A stretch of 64,000 nt of DNA from an uncultured archaeon (lineage in GTDB: Archaea > Aenigmatarchaeota > Aenigmatarchaeia > PWEA01 > JAGHBM01). The notes beneath the pieces were generated by a model, which ran no database searches, had not been told where the DNA came from, and saw only the letters and a program-made list of their open reading frames with translations. The number at the start of each line of letters is the position of its first letter. Positions within the stretch are counted from its first letter, which is position 1. This document shows, in pieces, positions 7,903 through 17,899 of the stretch. Both the position numbers and the translations under genes were made by a program. Location: NCBI GenBank assembly GCA_964584335.1, contig CAZOZN010000002.1, positions 162,974-226,973 of the forward strand, read 5' to 3'.

Positions 7903-8925
7903 TCACCTCAAAGTATTTCCTATTTGTTTTTTTGGATAGTCTTCTGGAATATCCCTGGTCCATAGTTTTTTGTCTTTTAAATCAGTTTCAGGTGAGATAA
8001 ATTCACCGTCACCGACAACAACATCAACCAGTCTTGATTTTTTGCCTATCCTGCAGTTTTCACCAACAACACTATTTTTTATTTCTACACCAGCTTCTAT
8101 TAAATTATTATCATATATTACAGAATTTAAAATTTTTGCATCATCTTCAACGACAACATTATTTCCCAAACATGATTTTTTTAAGATGCCATTATTTTTA
8201 CATGTTTCTGTTACTTTATTTTCTAACCCCCACCTACCCATCAAGAAATTATGTATTTTGATGTAGCTTGATATTCTTCCTATATCCATCCAGTAGTCTT
8301 TTATCCTAAAACCGAAGAAGTTTTTACCATCTTCTATTATTCTTGGGAAAACTTCCTTTTCCATTGAAACAAGACGTCCAATTTCTATATAATCAAGAAT
8401 ATTATTTTGAAGCATGTAAGCACCCGCATTTATTAAGTTAGAAGGCGCTTCCTCCGGTTCAGGTTTTTCAACAAACCTTGTTATCCTGTCTCCTTCAATG
8501 TCCACCACGCCAAATTCAGACACATTTTCAACAGGCCAAAGCGATATTGTGGAAAATGAGTTGTTTTTCCTGTGAAATTTTATCATACCATCCATGTTTA
8601 GCGAGGATATTATATCACTATTTAGAACAAAAAAATCGCCGGTTATATGTTTCTCTGCAAATTTTACAGCACCGCCAGTACCTAGAGGTTTTGGCTCGTC
8701 ATTTATTATTATCTCTTTACCGAAATCATTTTTTTCAAAAAATTCTTCTATTTGTTTTTTTCTGTAATTAAGAGCAAGAATTACTTTATCAACTTCTTCA
8801 GGCAACTGTTCAATTATATACCCAATCATTGGCTTATTCATTATTGGTAGAAGTGATTTCGGTCTGGTGTATGTTAGCGGAGCCAACCTGGTTCCAAAAC
8901 CACCTGCCAGTATTATCGCTTCCAT
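7903..8925 (-). CDS. Sugar-phosphate nucleotidyltransferase (mannose-1-P guanylyltransferase-like) with beta-helix C-terminus
   Basis: ILAGGFGTRLAPLT..PK, PLGTGGA, FVEKP, YWMDIG; hexapeptide repeats. Confidence 0.9.
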   Translation of the reverse strand: MEAIILAGGFGTRLAPLTYTRPKSLLPIMNKPMIGYIIEQLPEEVDKVILALNYRKKQIEEFFEKNDFGKEIIINDEPKPLGTGGAVKFAEKHITGDFFVLNSDIISSLNMDGMIKFHRKNNSFSTISLWPVENVSEFGVVDIEGDRITRFVEKPEPEEAPSNLINAGAYMLQNNILDYIEIGRLVSMEKEVFPRIIEDGKNFFGFRIKDYWMDIGRISSYIKIHNFLMGRWGLENKVTETCKNNGILKKSCLGNNVVVEDDAKILNSVIYDNNLIEAGVEIKNSVVGENCRIGKKSRLVDVVVGDGEFISPETDLKDKKLWTRDIPEDYPKKQIGNTLR

Positions 8926-8945
8926 AAAAACACACGAACAAAACC

Positions 8946-10613
8946 TTAAACTAAATCCAACTTTTCAATAATTTTACTATAGGCAGGCCTTGTTATAAAT
9001 ATACCCACCAAAACACCTATTATTGTTGTTATAGCAAATCCTCTCATAACACCTATTCCTATTATTCCCAGAGGAAGCATTGCCGCTATTGTTGTTGAAG
9101 CAGTTCCAAATATTATAAAGAAAGCCCTCTTTATCTTTTCTTTTAGGGAGAAGGCCAGTTCTTTCCCGCTTGAAACCTCATCAGTTATAATTATTTGATG
9201 GTCTACTCCGGTACCCACCGCGGCGATTATACCCGCAATAGCTGCCAAGTCTATTGTCCACCTTATAAAGGAAGCCACCCCAAGAATTATTACTATTTCT
9301 GATAACGATGTTATTAAAATAGGAAGAACAATCTTCCAGTTTTTGTACCTTATCGATATGACAAGAGAGACCGCTATTAGAGCACCAAAACCGGCCAACA
9401 AAACACCTCTTATAAACTGGCTTCCCAGAGAAGGCGATATGCTGTCGACTCTTATGGCCTCTAACTCTACGGGAAGTGCTCCGCTGCTCAAAATACTTTG
9501 AAGCCTTCTCATACTGGAGCTTGTGTCTTCTTCTGATACACCACCACCCGTTATTTGTGGTGTTGAATATGCCTTACCAGCCAATCCAGAACCAATTCTC
9601 AAATCATCCATAGGAGTCTCATCTAAAAAGAGGTATATCTTTCTTTCAAGGTAAGATTCTCCAGTCTTTGGGTCTATCACTACAGGTATATCTTCTGTTA
9701 CTTTTGCAAATCTTTCCGCACCATCATCCGATACCAATATCTGGAATGAAAATTCCCAACCACTTCCGTATTTTCTAATGTATGAATGCTGTGAATCAAA
9801 ATAAACATATTTTATATCTTCTGTCGTGAATATTTTTCCGCTTAAAACAGCGCTTTGGTTTGTAATGTTCCAAACATCAAATTCTATATCATTCAGGCTT
9901 AGTGTGTCATTCACGCCAAAAACATTATTTCCGAATGTTATGTTCTGTCCCTCTTTTTCTATGGTAAAGTTCTTGTCACCCAGCTCAACAGCCCCGCTTC
10001 CGTTCCTGAAGTTTACTAACCTGGGGATAAAGGCTTCGAAAACACCCTCCCTTTCAAGAAGGTCGTCTATCTCTTCTTTGCTTGCACCCGCCATTTCTAT
10101 CTGTATGTAATTATTTCCCCTGACATCTCTTACAGACTGGAAGTTTATCTCTTTCAATCCGTATACGTTCATTCTTGTTTGAAGTGTTGATATTATCTGT
10201 TCTGTCGACAAGGTCTCGTTTGTCTTGTTTACATCTTCACTATAGACAGGCTTTAAGAGTACTCTTGTCCCACCAACCAAATCCATTCCCATGTTTAAGT
10301 TTGTCGGTGTAACATCTCTTACTTCAATTCCAATATTACCGTCAACATCCTTTAGTGTAAGCTCCCCGTTGTGGAAAATTCTTATTACTCCGGTGTAGTT
10401 CTCAAACTGAATCATATCCGACGAGCTTTCTATAGGAACATCATTTATTGATATTATCTTTTCGCCGGGTGATATATCCTGTATAAAAGGAGAATTTTGG
10501 TCTATGTTTTTTACTACCACACCACTTGCCCAGGGATTTGGTGCTATCGCCAAAACACTACCCAACACTATTAAAATAAAAATCCAAACTCTCCATTCCT
10601 TAAGCAAATCCAT
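8946..10613 (-). CDS. secD: Protein translocase subunit SecD
   Basis: GMDLVGG, LSSGALPV, ISPSLG, GTGVDHQIII, MRGFAITT; adjacent to secF. Confidence 0.93.
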   Translation of the reverse strand: MDLLKEWRVWIFILIVLGSVLAIAPNPWASGVVVKNIDQNSPFIQDISPGEKIISINDVPIESSSDMIQFENYTGVIRIFHNGELTLKDVDGNIGIEVRDVTPTNLNMGMDLVGGTRVLLKPVYSEDVNKTNETLSTEQIISTLQTRMNVYGLKEINFQSVRDVRGNNYIQIEMAGASKEEIDDLLEREGVFEAFIPRLVNFRNGSGAVELGDKNFTIEKEGQNITFGNNVFGVNDTLSLNDIEFDVWNITNQSAVLSGKIFTTEDIKYVYFDSQHSYIRKYGSGWEFSFQILVSDDGAERFAKVTEDIPVVIDPKTGESYLERKIYLFLDETPMDDLRIGSGLAGKAYSTPQITGGGVSEEDTSSSMRRLQSILSSGALPVELEAIRVDSISPSLGSQFIRGVLLAGFGALIAVSLVISIRYKNWKIVLPILITSLSEIVIILGVASFIRWTIDLAAIAGIIAAVGTGVDHQIIITDEVSSGKELAFSLKEKIKRAFFIIFGTASTTIAAMLPLGIIGIGVMRGFAITTIIGVLVGIFITRPAYSKIIEKLDLV

Positions 10614-11480
10614 TTAATCTATACCTCTTTTTTCAGCCCACATTCTTAGTATACCAAAATTTGTAAGCCATGTGTTTGGCACATCTATAAGCAGTGCTAT
10701 TATAAGTACAGTTGCAATTTCCCTGAGTGCGGTTGCTCCTGAAACAAGATATAAAGCAGTAAGCGCTACAAGAGTTGTTGTAGTCATTGTTAGACCTGTT
10801 TTAAGAGCCTCTATAGACCTTTCCATTAAAGTACCTTCCCTTCTCTTTACCATCCTTGTCGTTAAAAGAACATCCGTATCTATAGAATAACCAAGTACAA
10901 GCAAAAGTCCTGCAAAAGAAGCCAAAGACAAATCAATCCCAAAAAATCCCATAACCACTATAGTACAAATTATATCTGAGAAGGCACACCACAAAACCGC
11001 TATAGAGGGAACAAAATTTTTAAAGACTATGAAAACAACAATCCCCATAAATATAAACGCGAAAATCATGGCGGTTATACTTTGAGAAAAGAAACTTTCA
11101 CCAAGATTTGCCCCTATCTTTTCAAAAGAATGAGAAGTAATATCTATTCCGTAATTTTCAATTTCACTCAGCAAAGATTCTTTATCAACATCCTCGTCGG
11201 CTCTTATTAATATTGTGTTGCCACTGACACTCATAGCAGTTCTCACTCTAACATTTCCGAAAATGGGACCCAGATGTTCCTCTAGCTCTGACGCGACAAC
11301 TCTTTGCCTTGTATCTAATGTCAGCTGGGAACCGCCTTCAAGGTCAACACCCTTTGAAACGAACTCCCCCGTACTCTGATAATTAAACAAGAGCGCGCCC
11401 ATACAGACAAACAAGAAAATTATCGGAATTACCATAAGTTTCTTGTATCCAATCTTTTCGTACATATCCAACATTTTCAT
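10614..11480 (-). CDS. secF: Protein translocase subunit SecF
   Basis: GVDLEGG, GYSIDTDVLLT, TGLTMTTTT, D..NTW..N. Confidence 0.93.
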   Translation of the reverse strand: MKMLDMYEKIGYKKLMVIPIIFLFVCMGALLFNYQSTGEFVSKGVDLEGGSQLTLDTRQRVVASELEEHLGPIFGNVRVRTAMSVSGNTILIRADEDVDKESLLSEIENYGIDITSHSFEKIGANLGESFFSQSITAMIFAFIFMGIVVFIVFKNFVPSIAVLWCAFSDIICTIVVMGFFGIDLSLASFAGLLLVLGYSIDTDVLLTTRMVKRREGTLMERSIEALKTGLTMTTTTLVALTALYLVSGATALREIATVLIIALLIDVPNTWLTNFGILRMWAEKRGID

Positions 11481-11552
11481 AACATTTTTTTAGGAGCAAA
11501 GTTATAAAAGCATTAAAAAACGCTTTTAACTTTAATTTTGTAAATATTTATC

Positions 11553-12578
11553 ATGATTTACGATTTTACAGTGTGCGGTGCGGGTCCAATAGGTTCTTAT
11601 CTGGCCTGGAAACTTTCAGAACTTGATTATAAGGTTTTGGTGTTGGAGGAACACAGCAAAATAGGCGAACCTGTTTCCTGTTCCGGCCTGATTTCAAACA
11701 ACATTTGGAAATACATACCAAAAAAAAGTTTGAAAAAGGATGTTGTAGAAAGAAAAATTAAAGGAGCCAGATTACACCTAGGAAAAAAGAAGCACACATT
11801 CGTTTCTAATCAGGCCAACGTTTTAAACAGAAACAAGCTTGATAAATTTATAGCACACAAAGCCGAAGAGGCCGGTGCCAAGTTTGCAAAAGAATCAAAA
11901 CTGTTTAGTTTTTTTGAATCAGATGAAAAAGTATCCCTTTATATCAAATCAAAAAATTTCAGAAACACAAAAACTAAAATTCTGGCAGGCTGTGACGGAC
12001 CGCTTTCTATAGTAAGAGAAAATATGGGCATAAGGCAGCCAAACTTTCTTCACGGCATATTCTGTTATGTAAAGGAGGAACCGGATTCTTTTGTAGATCT
12101 TTATTACAAGAAAGCCCCGGGATTTTTTGCGTGGAGAATACCCAGAGGTGAAGATGTAGAGTACGGTCTGGCATCGGACGTTAATGCAAAAAAATATTTT
12201 GAGAGTTTTTCAAAAAAAATGAAAATAAAATACAATAAAGTTTATTCCGGCCTAATTCCTTACGGACTTCTGCCCAGAATAACAGGGAAGAGAGTTTTTC
12301 TTTGCGGCGATGCGGCGTCTCATGTAAAACCACACACAGGTGGCGGCGTTGTTTATGGAATAAAATCCGCGGACATAGCCTCGACTCTTATAAAACCCGA
12401 CAGCCCAAACATGAAAAGCTATGAATCTGCATGGAGAAAAAAACTCTCAAAAGAAATAAATATAGGAACATGGATAAAGAGAGCATATTCTCTACCATCA
12501 CCTTTATTAAATATGGTGCTTAATTCTTTATCTAAAAAACAGGGTCTTGAGATGGACAGGCCTTCAAGCATGTGGTAA
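11553..12578 (+). CDS. Geranylgeranyl reductase-family FAD oxidoreductase
   Basis: GAGPIG, PVSCSG, GCDG, FAWRIP, GDAASHVKPHTGGG. Confidence 0.82.
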   Translation: MIYDFTVCGAGPIGSYLAWKLSELDYKVLVLEEHSKIGEPVSCSGLISNNIWKYIPKKSLKKDVVERKIKGARLHLGKKKHTFVSNQANVLNRNKLDKFIAHKAEEAGAKFAKESKLFSFFESDEKVSLYIKSKNFRNTKTKILAGCDGPLSIVRENMGIRQPNFLHGIFCYVKEEPDSFVDLYYKKAPGFFAWRIPRGEDVEYGLASDVNAKKYFESFSKKMKIKYNKVYSGLIPYGLLPRITGKRVFLCGDAASHVKPHTGGGVVYGIKSADIASTLIKPDSPNMKSYESAWRKKLSKEINIGTWIKRAYSLPSPLLNMVLNSLSKKQGLEMDRPSSMW

Positions 12579-12596
12579 ATATCCGGTGAAAATATA

Positions 12597-13559
12597 ATGC
12601 AGAAAAGATCTTATTTGTTTGTTATATCTTTCTTAATTATTGCCGGGTTGTTGTATTTTTCCAATTTCGATGAGATAATAGTTACAATAAAAAACGCAAA
12701 CCCCCCGATAATAATAGGCACCTTTTTTTTGTGGATATTTAATTCTTCAGTCAGAAGCCTAAGATGGCAAAGACTTTTAAAGAACATAGACGTCAATATC
12801 AGTTTTCCCGAGACTTGGAATATTTTTATGGCATCCATGTTTATATCAAATCTGAGCCCCGCTAAAACAGGAGACCCTATGAGGTCTGTTATACTTAAAA
12901 GAAACACAGGAGAATCTTTTTCAAAAACAGTATGTTCCATATTCGTGGAAAGGTTAATGGACGTTATTTTTTTGGTAATTGTTATGTTTATCTTCACTCC
13001 GGTATTCCTGGTTGTTTTGAATGGCATCGGGTTTTGGATATCAATTACCCTAATATTTTATGTCTTCATAATAATATTTGGATTGTTCATAATAACATCC
13101 GTTAAGAGGTCAGAAATATTTTTCACAAAACTTTTTGGTCTGTTTTCTTTTATACCAAAAATAAAATCATATGAAAGCAGAATAAAGAAAGGCGCAAAAA
13201 AACTGAACAAGGCATTTAAGAAGTACAGCAACAAAAAATCACTGATAATACCATTTTTACTGACCTCAATAATATGGATAGTTCAGGGATTTGTTGTTTA
13301 CCTTTCCTTTATGTCCGTGGGAATAATTGTTCCTATATGGGCCTGCATAGCAGTAATACCATTAACCGTGCTCATAGGCGTCCTTACCTTTTTGCCCGGA
13401 GCACTGGGCTCTACGGAAGTCATAATGGTTACTTTTTTCACCGGGCTTTTTTATTTTTCATTACCGGAGGTCACTGCCGCTGTATTAATTAGCAGAGCAA
13501 TACTTTACTGGCCTTATGTTATAACAGGTGCAGTACTTTTTTCTTTAAAATTTAAGTGA
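12597..13559 (+). CDS. UPF0104/AglD2-like flippase-type membrane protein
   Basis: RSLRW, NLSPAKTGDPMR, VERLMD, LPGALGSTE, SRAILYW. Confidence 0.85.
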   Translation: MQKRSYLFVISFLIIAGLLYFSNFDEIIVTIKNANPPIIIGTFFLWIFNSSVRSLRWQRLLKNIDVNISFPETWNIFMASMFISNLSPAKTGDPMRSVILKRNTGESFSKTVCSIFVERLMDVIFLVIVMFIFTPVFLVVLNGIGFWISITLIFYVFIIIFGLFIITSVKRSEIFFTKLFGLFSFIPKIKSYESRIKKGAKKLNKAFKKYSNKKSLIIPFLLTSIIWIVQGFVVYLSFMSVGIIVPIWACIAVIPLTVLIGVLTFLPGALGSTEVIMVTFFTGLFYFSLPEVTAAVLISRAILYWPYVITGAVLFSLKFK

Positions 13560-13578
13560 AAAATACAATAATTAAACT

Positions 13579-14487
13579 ATGAGAGTTTTGGTCACAGGCG
13601 GTGCCGGTTTTATAGGTTCTCATCTTGTAGACAAACTAATTCAAAAAGGATTAGAAGTGACGGTAATAGATAATTTTTCTTCGGGCAAAAAAGACAATGT
13701 TAATATGGAGGCCCGAATAATAGAAGGTGATTTGAAAGATTTAGATTTTGTTGAAGAAAACCTGAGGGACTTTGAAATTGTTTATCACTTTGCCGCAAAC
13801 CCAGACGTTAGGCTTGGCGTGAAAGACAGAAGAATTCACCTGAACGAAAATATCCTGGCAACACACAACATACTTGAATCAATGGTAAAAAATAAAATCA
13901 ATAAAATAGTTTTTGCATCAACATCTGCCGTTTACGGAGAAGCCAAAAAAATGCCAACAAAAGAGAGCTACGGTCCCCTGATAACCTCTTCTCTTTACGG
14001 TGCCTCAAAACTTTCCGCTGAAAGTCTGATTTACTCTTATTCGGAATTTGGAATAAAGTCTTGGATATTTCGTTTGGCAAACGTGGTGGGTGGCCGTTCA
14101 GACCACGGGGTCATACCGGATTTCACAAAAAAACTGAGCAAAAATCCACACAAACTGGAAGTTCTTGGTGACGGAAACCAGACAAAATCATATCTTCACG
14201 TTGATGATTGTGTTGATGCAATTATTCATGCAGTTGAAAATTCAAACCAAAAAGTAAACGTTTTTAACATAGGGTCCCCCGACACAATCAAGGTCTCACA
14301 AATAGCAAAGGAAGTTATAAACAAAAAATCACCCAAAGCAAAAATAAAATACACCGGAGGGGAGAAAGGATGGAAGGGCGATGTGCCCAAATTCCTGCTT
14401 GATATAACTAAGATAAGAAGCCTTGGCTGGTCTCCCAAATTAAATTCAAGACAGTCTGTAATAAAGACGATAAATGAGCAGAATTAG
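13579..14487 (+). CDS. NAD-dependent epimerase/dehydratase (GalE-like)
   Basis: TGGAGFIG, STSAVYG, YGASK, GWKGDV. Confidence 0.92.
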   Translation: MRVLVTGGAGFIGSHLVDKLIQKGLEVTVIDNFSSGKKDNVNMEARIIEGDLKDLDFVEENLRDFEIVYHFAANPDVRLGVKDRRIHLNENILATHNILESMVKNKINKIVFASTSAVYGEAKKMPTKESYGPLITSSLYGASKLSAESLIYSYSEFGIKSWIFRLANVVGGRSDHGVIPDFTKKLSKNPHKLEVLGDGNQTKSYLHVDDCVDAIIHAVENSNQKVNVFNIGSPDTIKVSQIAKEVINKKSPKAKIKYTGGEKGWKGDVPKFLLDITKIRSLGWSPKLNSRQSVIKTINEQN

Positions 14488-15272
14488 TTTTTAATTGTTT
14501 CGTTTTTTATGGCATAAAATACATCCTGCGGCTTTTCTATTCTTTGATTAACATTTTTTGTTATTATTATCGCGTCTTCATGATGGTCCCCCTTCATCTC
14601 TATTCCTGATTTTGTTTTCTTTGGAAGGGTCTGTACTTTTGCCTCCCCGAAGGAACAGAAACCGTGGTCTGAAATTATTATTAATTTGTTTTCTTTATCT
14701 TGCAGAAATCCTGTATCAAAAACAATCTCCCCGAGACGCTCGTCCATCTTTTCGTACCAGTCAACCACCATATCTTCACCCCAGTGAAAATGCTGTATCC
14801 TGTCCAGACTTGTAAAAACACCGATTAAAACATCCGGTTTCTCTGAAAGATTCTCATTGATTTTTTCTGTAACTTTTTCCAATTCCTCTTTCCACTCTTC
14901 TTCGTTGTTGGGTAAGCCGAAACCAACGCCTTCAAAATCCACGTTAAAATTATAAGGAGGAACAACAAAAGGTATGTTTATTGCTCTTATATCATAACCT
15001 TCCCTGTCAAGAACATCCCATATAAAATCAACATGAATATCCTGACGAGACTTAACTTTACCATCTTCCACATATTCTTTGTGTTTATGTTCTTCCGGTC
15101 CCTTACCACAGAACATACCGCACCATAGAGGAGGAGAGTAAGGTTTTTCTTTGAGATGTATTGTTCCGCTATCGCACATTTCTAAAATCTTTTTAAAATT
15201 TTGAAGCCTTTCTATGTTTGGATTTATAATTTTCCATGTTGCCGCGTCTATTCCCAAAACCAAAAAAGTCAC
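14484..15272 (-). CDS. AlkP/NPP-superfamily protein no. 1 (no LGY tail)
   Basis: LGIDA, nucleophile region PYSPPLW, DRIQH, SDHGF, GDHH; no signal peptide. Confidence 0.85.
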   Translation of the reverse strand: MTFLVLGIDAATWKIINPNIERLQNFKKILEMCDSGTIHLKEKPYSPPLWCGMFCGKGPEEHKHKEYVEDGKVKSRQDIHVDFIWDVLDREGYDIRAINIPFVVPPYNFNVDFEGVGFGLPNNEEEWKEELEKVTEKINENLSEKPDVLIGVFTSLDRIQHFHWGEDMVVDWYEKMDERLGEIVFDTGFLQDKENKLIIISDHGFCSFGEAKVQTLPKKTKSGIEMKGDHHEDAIIITKNVNQRIEKPQDVFYAIKNETIKN

Positions 15273-15275
15273 AAT

Positions 15276-16499
15276 TCACACCTCCGTAATTATGCCGCCG
15301 CCGCTTATTGAATCATTTTTTTCTAGAACAAATCTTCCGGTCTCTTTTATCTCATTAAAGTCATCAATGAAAACTGGATTTTGAAGCTTTATCAAAACTT
15401 CTCCAATTTCGTGCTCATTCAATTCCTCACCATTTTCCTCTATAATTTTCAGGTCTGATGAATCTATTCTCTTTTTTATTTTTTCAATTGTACAGGGAAC
15501 TTCTTGTGTTGTTGATTTGAAAGTAAGGTTCTCTCCTTTTTTTATTTTTTCTGGAGACAGCCAAAAAAGCTGCGCGTCTACGATGTCTGTTTTTCTTGGA
15601 ATATTTTCATCAACTATAATCTGTCCTCTTTCAAGTTTCTTTCCTAAAACTACACCAACCGATTCACCAACAAAAGCTTCTTCAGGTTCCTCATTGAATT
15701 TTTTAATTTTTTTAACTTCAACACTTTCTTTTTCCGGTAGTAGAGTAATTTCCTGCCCCCTTTTAATTTTACCTGATTCTATTCTACCCACAACAATATC
15801 CTCCCCGTCAAAGTTGTAAGAGTCTTGCACCGGTAGCCTTAGAGGCTTTTCTGTCGATACAGCAGAAACTTTGAACTCATCCAAAGCTTCCAGTATAGTT
15901 TTGCCGCTGTACCATCCCATATTCGGGGATTTTTTTGCGATGTTGTCTCCTTTTTTTGCAGAAACAGGTATTACAAACTTTGGTTCAATACCCATATTAT
16001 CCATAACCAACATCAAATCCTCTTTAACCTTTTCAAATCTTTCTTCATCATAAGACACTTTATCCATCTTGTTCATAGCTACAATAACCTGCTCTATACC
16101 CAGAAGGCTCAATATGTAAGCATGTCTTTTTGTCTGGTCCATTACACCCTCGTCCACATCCAACATAAGTATTGCGGTCTCTGCCTGGGATGCTCCGGTT
16201 ATCATGTTTTTTATAAATTCCTTGTGTCCGGGAGCGTCAATAATCACGTAGTTTCTTTTTTCGGTCTGGAAAAAAGTCTGTGCAGTATCTATGGTTATGC
16301 CTTTTTCCCTTTCCTCTTTCAAGTGGTCCATTACAAATGCAAACTCTATGTCTTTTCCTGTCCTCTCGGCCTCGTATTTTATGTCCTCGTACTTCTCCTC
16401 AGGAAGGGAATCCGTATCATACAGAAGGCGCCCTATTAGGGTGCTCTTTCCATGGTCAATATGACCCACAAAAACTATTTTCATGTCTTCCTTTTCCAT
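15276..16499 (-). CDS. cysN: Sulfate adenylyltransferase GTPase subunit (no CysC fusion)
   Basis: GHIDHGKSTLIGRLL, GITIDTA, DAPGH, NKMD, TGRFVL; immediately downstream of cysD; 407 aa. Confidence 0.9.
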   Translation of the reverse strand: MEKEDMKIVFVGHIDHGKSTLIGRLLYDTDSLPEEKYEDIKYEAERTGKDIEFAFVMDHLKEEREKGITIDTAQTFFQTEKRNYVIIDAPGHKEFIKNMITGASQAETAILMLDVDEGVMDQTKRHAYILSLLGIEQVIVAMNKMDKVSYDEERFEKVKEDLMLVMDNMGIEPKFVIPVSAKKGDNIAKKSPNMGWYSGKTILEALDEFKVSAVSTEKPLRLPVQDSYNFDGEDIVVGRIESGKIKRGQEITLLPEKESVEVKKIKKFNEEPEEAFVGESVGVVLGKKLERGQIIVDENIPRKTDIVDAQLFWLSPEKIKKGENLTFKSTTQEVPCTIEKIKKRIDSSDLKIIEENGEELNEHEIGEVLIKLQNPVFIDDFNEIKETGRFVLEKNDSISGGGIITEV

Positions 16500-16507
16500 A
16501 ACATCAC

Positions 16508-17299
16508 CTACATATACCCCAGTGCCCGCAATCTTTGCATTATTTTTTCCTTGTCCTGTGAACGACCTGCCCTTTCCGCAGTCTTGCTCTCACTGATTTC
16601 TTTTATCATATCATCAACATTTTTGATATCGGATTTCACCGGGCTTGTGCAAGGTTTGCACCCGAGGCTTCTGAAACGCATACCATCTCTTGCAAAATAA
16701 AGCGGGTTGACAGGCAAATTTTCCCTCTTTATGTATTTCCATACATCCAGCTCTGTCCAGTGCAGAAGCGGATGAATTCTGAGATGTGTTTTTTCGTCAC
16801 TTTTAGTCTTGTACTGGTCCCACATCTCCGGCGGCTGATTTTCGTAATCCCACTGAAAGCTTTCGTCTCTGGGAGAATAATACCTTTCTTTTGCCCTTAC
16901 ACCATGCTCATCTCTTCTTATACCCAGAAGCAAAGCATCGAACTTTTTTTCTTTTATTGTGTTCTTCAGTGCCTGGGTCTTTCTCATGTTGCAGCAATCG
17001 AACTTGTCCTTTGGGCCTATCCTTTTTTCGTCCGCTTCTTTGTTTCTACTAACCACCAAGTCCAACCCCCATTTTTTGACAAGCCCATCCCTAAAATCGT
17101 ACATTTCCTGAAAATGATATCCTGTATCTATGTAAACAACAGGAAAAGGAACATTGCCGAAAAAACTTTTTTTAACCAAGTGAAGAAGTACTGTAGAATC
17201 TTTACCTACAGACCACATAACACCCAAGTTATTAAATTTTTTGTTTGCCTCTCTTATAATGTAAATGCTTTTACTTTCCAATTTATCCAAATGGTCCAT
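16508..17299 (-). CDS. cysD: Sulfate adenylyltransferase catalytic subunit
   Basis: MDHLDKLE..IIRE, PP-loop SVGKDS, RRDE..RAKER, QPPE, RIHPLLHWTE, FRSLGC, ERAGR; ends RLRALGYM. Confidence 0.93.
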   Translation of the reverse strand: MDHLDKLESKSIYIIREANKKFNNLGVMWSVGKDSTVLLHLVKKSFFGNVPFPVVYIDTGYHFQEMYDFRDGLVKKWGLDLVVSRNKEADEKRIGPKDKFDCCNMRKTQALKNTIKEKKFDALLLGIRRDEHGVRAKERYYSPRDESFQWDYENQPPEMWDQYKTKSDEKTHLRIHPLLHWTELDVWKYIKRENLPVNPLYFARDGMRFRSLGCKPCTSPVKSDIKNVDDMIKEISESKTAERAGRSQDKEKIMQRLRALGYM

Positions 17300-17307
17300 T
17301 TTATCAC

Positions 17308-17535
17308 CTAAATATAACCCAGTTTTTTTAATCTTTTTCTTATTTTCTTTATCTCTTCATCCGTTAGCTTGTCTTCATCTTTTATCCTTCCGCCGGATGC
17401 CACATTTCTCATTACGTAAACAACAAATTCAGTGACGCTAGAAAAACCAGTATCTTCTATTATATTCCCGAGTTTTTCGTAAAGTTCTTTTGGAATTTTT
17501 ATAGTAACTTTGGGTTTTCCACACACTACAATCAC
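17308..17535 (-). CDS. Ribbon-helix-helix (CopG-like) protein with C-terminal RLKKLGYI tail
   Basis: VTIKIPKELYEKL..TGFSSVTEFVVYVMR is an RHH pattern; tail EEIKKIRKRLKKLGYI; exact start uncertain. Confidence 0.85.
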   Translation of the reverse strand: MIVVCGKPKVTIKIPKELYEKLGNIIEDTGFSSVTEFVVYVMRNVASGGRIKDEDKLTDEEIKKIRKRLKKLGYI

Positions 17536-17560
17536 ACTCTAATTGTAGTGTTAATACTAT

Positions 17561-17899
17561 TTAAAGTTTTTCTATTTCTTCCAGCCCGCTTTCTATAAAA
17601 TCCGATAACTGTTTTTCCGACTTGGCACCGACATCTCTTTTTACTATTTCACCTTTCCAGAAAATCGCATATGTCGGGACGCCGGCTATCTTGTATTTTG
17701 CCGGTGTTCTTGGGTTCCTGTTGACGTTAAGGCTTGTAAATTTCAAGTTTCCGTCATATTTTTTTCTTATTTTTTCTATTATCGGCTCCATTGTTTTGCA
17801 CGGTATGCACCACGAACCCCAAAAGTCAACAAGAACGGGAGTTGGAGATTTTAAAACCTCCTCTTCAAATGTTTTGTCCCTTAACTCCATTTTAATCAC
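17561..17899 (-). CDS. trxA: Thioredoxin
   Basis: VLVDFWGSWCIPC, GVPT, VGA. Confidence 0.95.
   Translation of the reverse strand: MIKMELRDKTFEEEVLKSPTPVLVDFWGSWCIPCKTMEPIIEKIRKKYDGNLKFTSLNVNRNPRTPAKYKIAGVPTYAIFWKGEIVKRDVGAKSEKQLSDFIESGLEEIEKL

Noticed and set aside
7733-7939. 68-aa plus-strand ORF
   Set aside because: Shadow of the minus-strand ferredoxin at 7719-7898
15276-16499. GTPase as EF-1alpha or SelB
   Set aside because: Adjacent to cysD, with CysN-type motifs (GITIDTAQTFF, QTKRHAYI, TGRFVL)
16508-17299. Calling this gene cysH (APS/PAPS reductase)
   Set aside because: It has CysD-specific RAKER, QPPE and ERAGR motifs and a CysN partner, and lacks the C-terminal ECG(L/I)H
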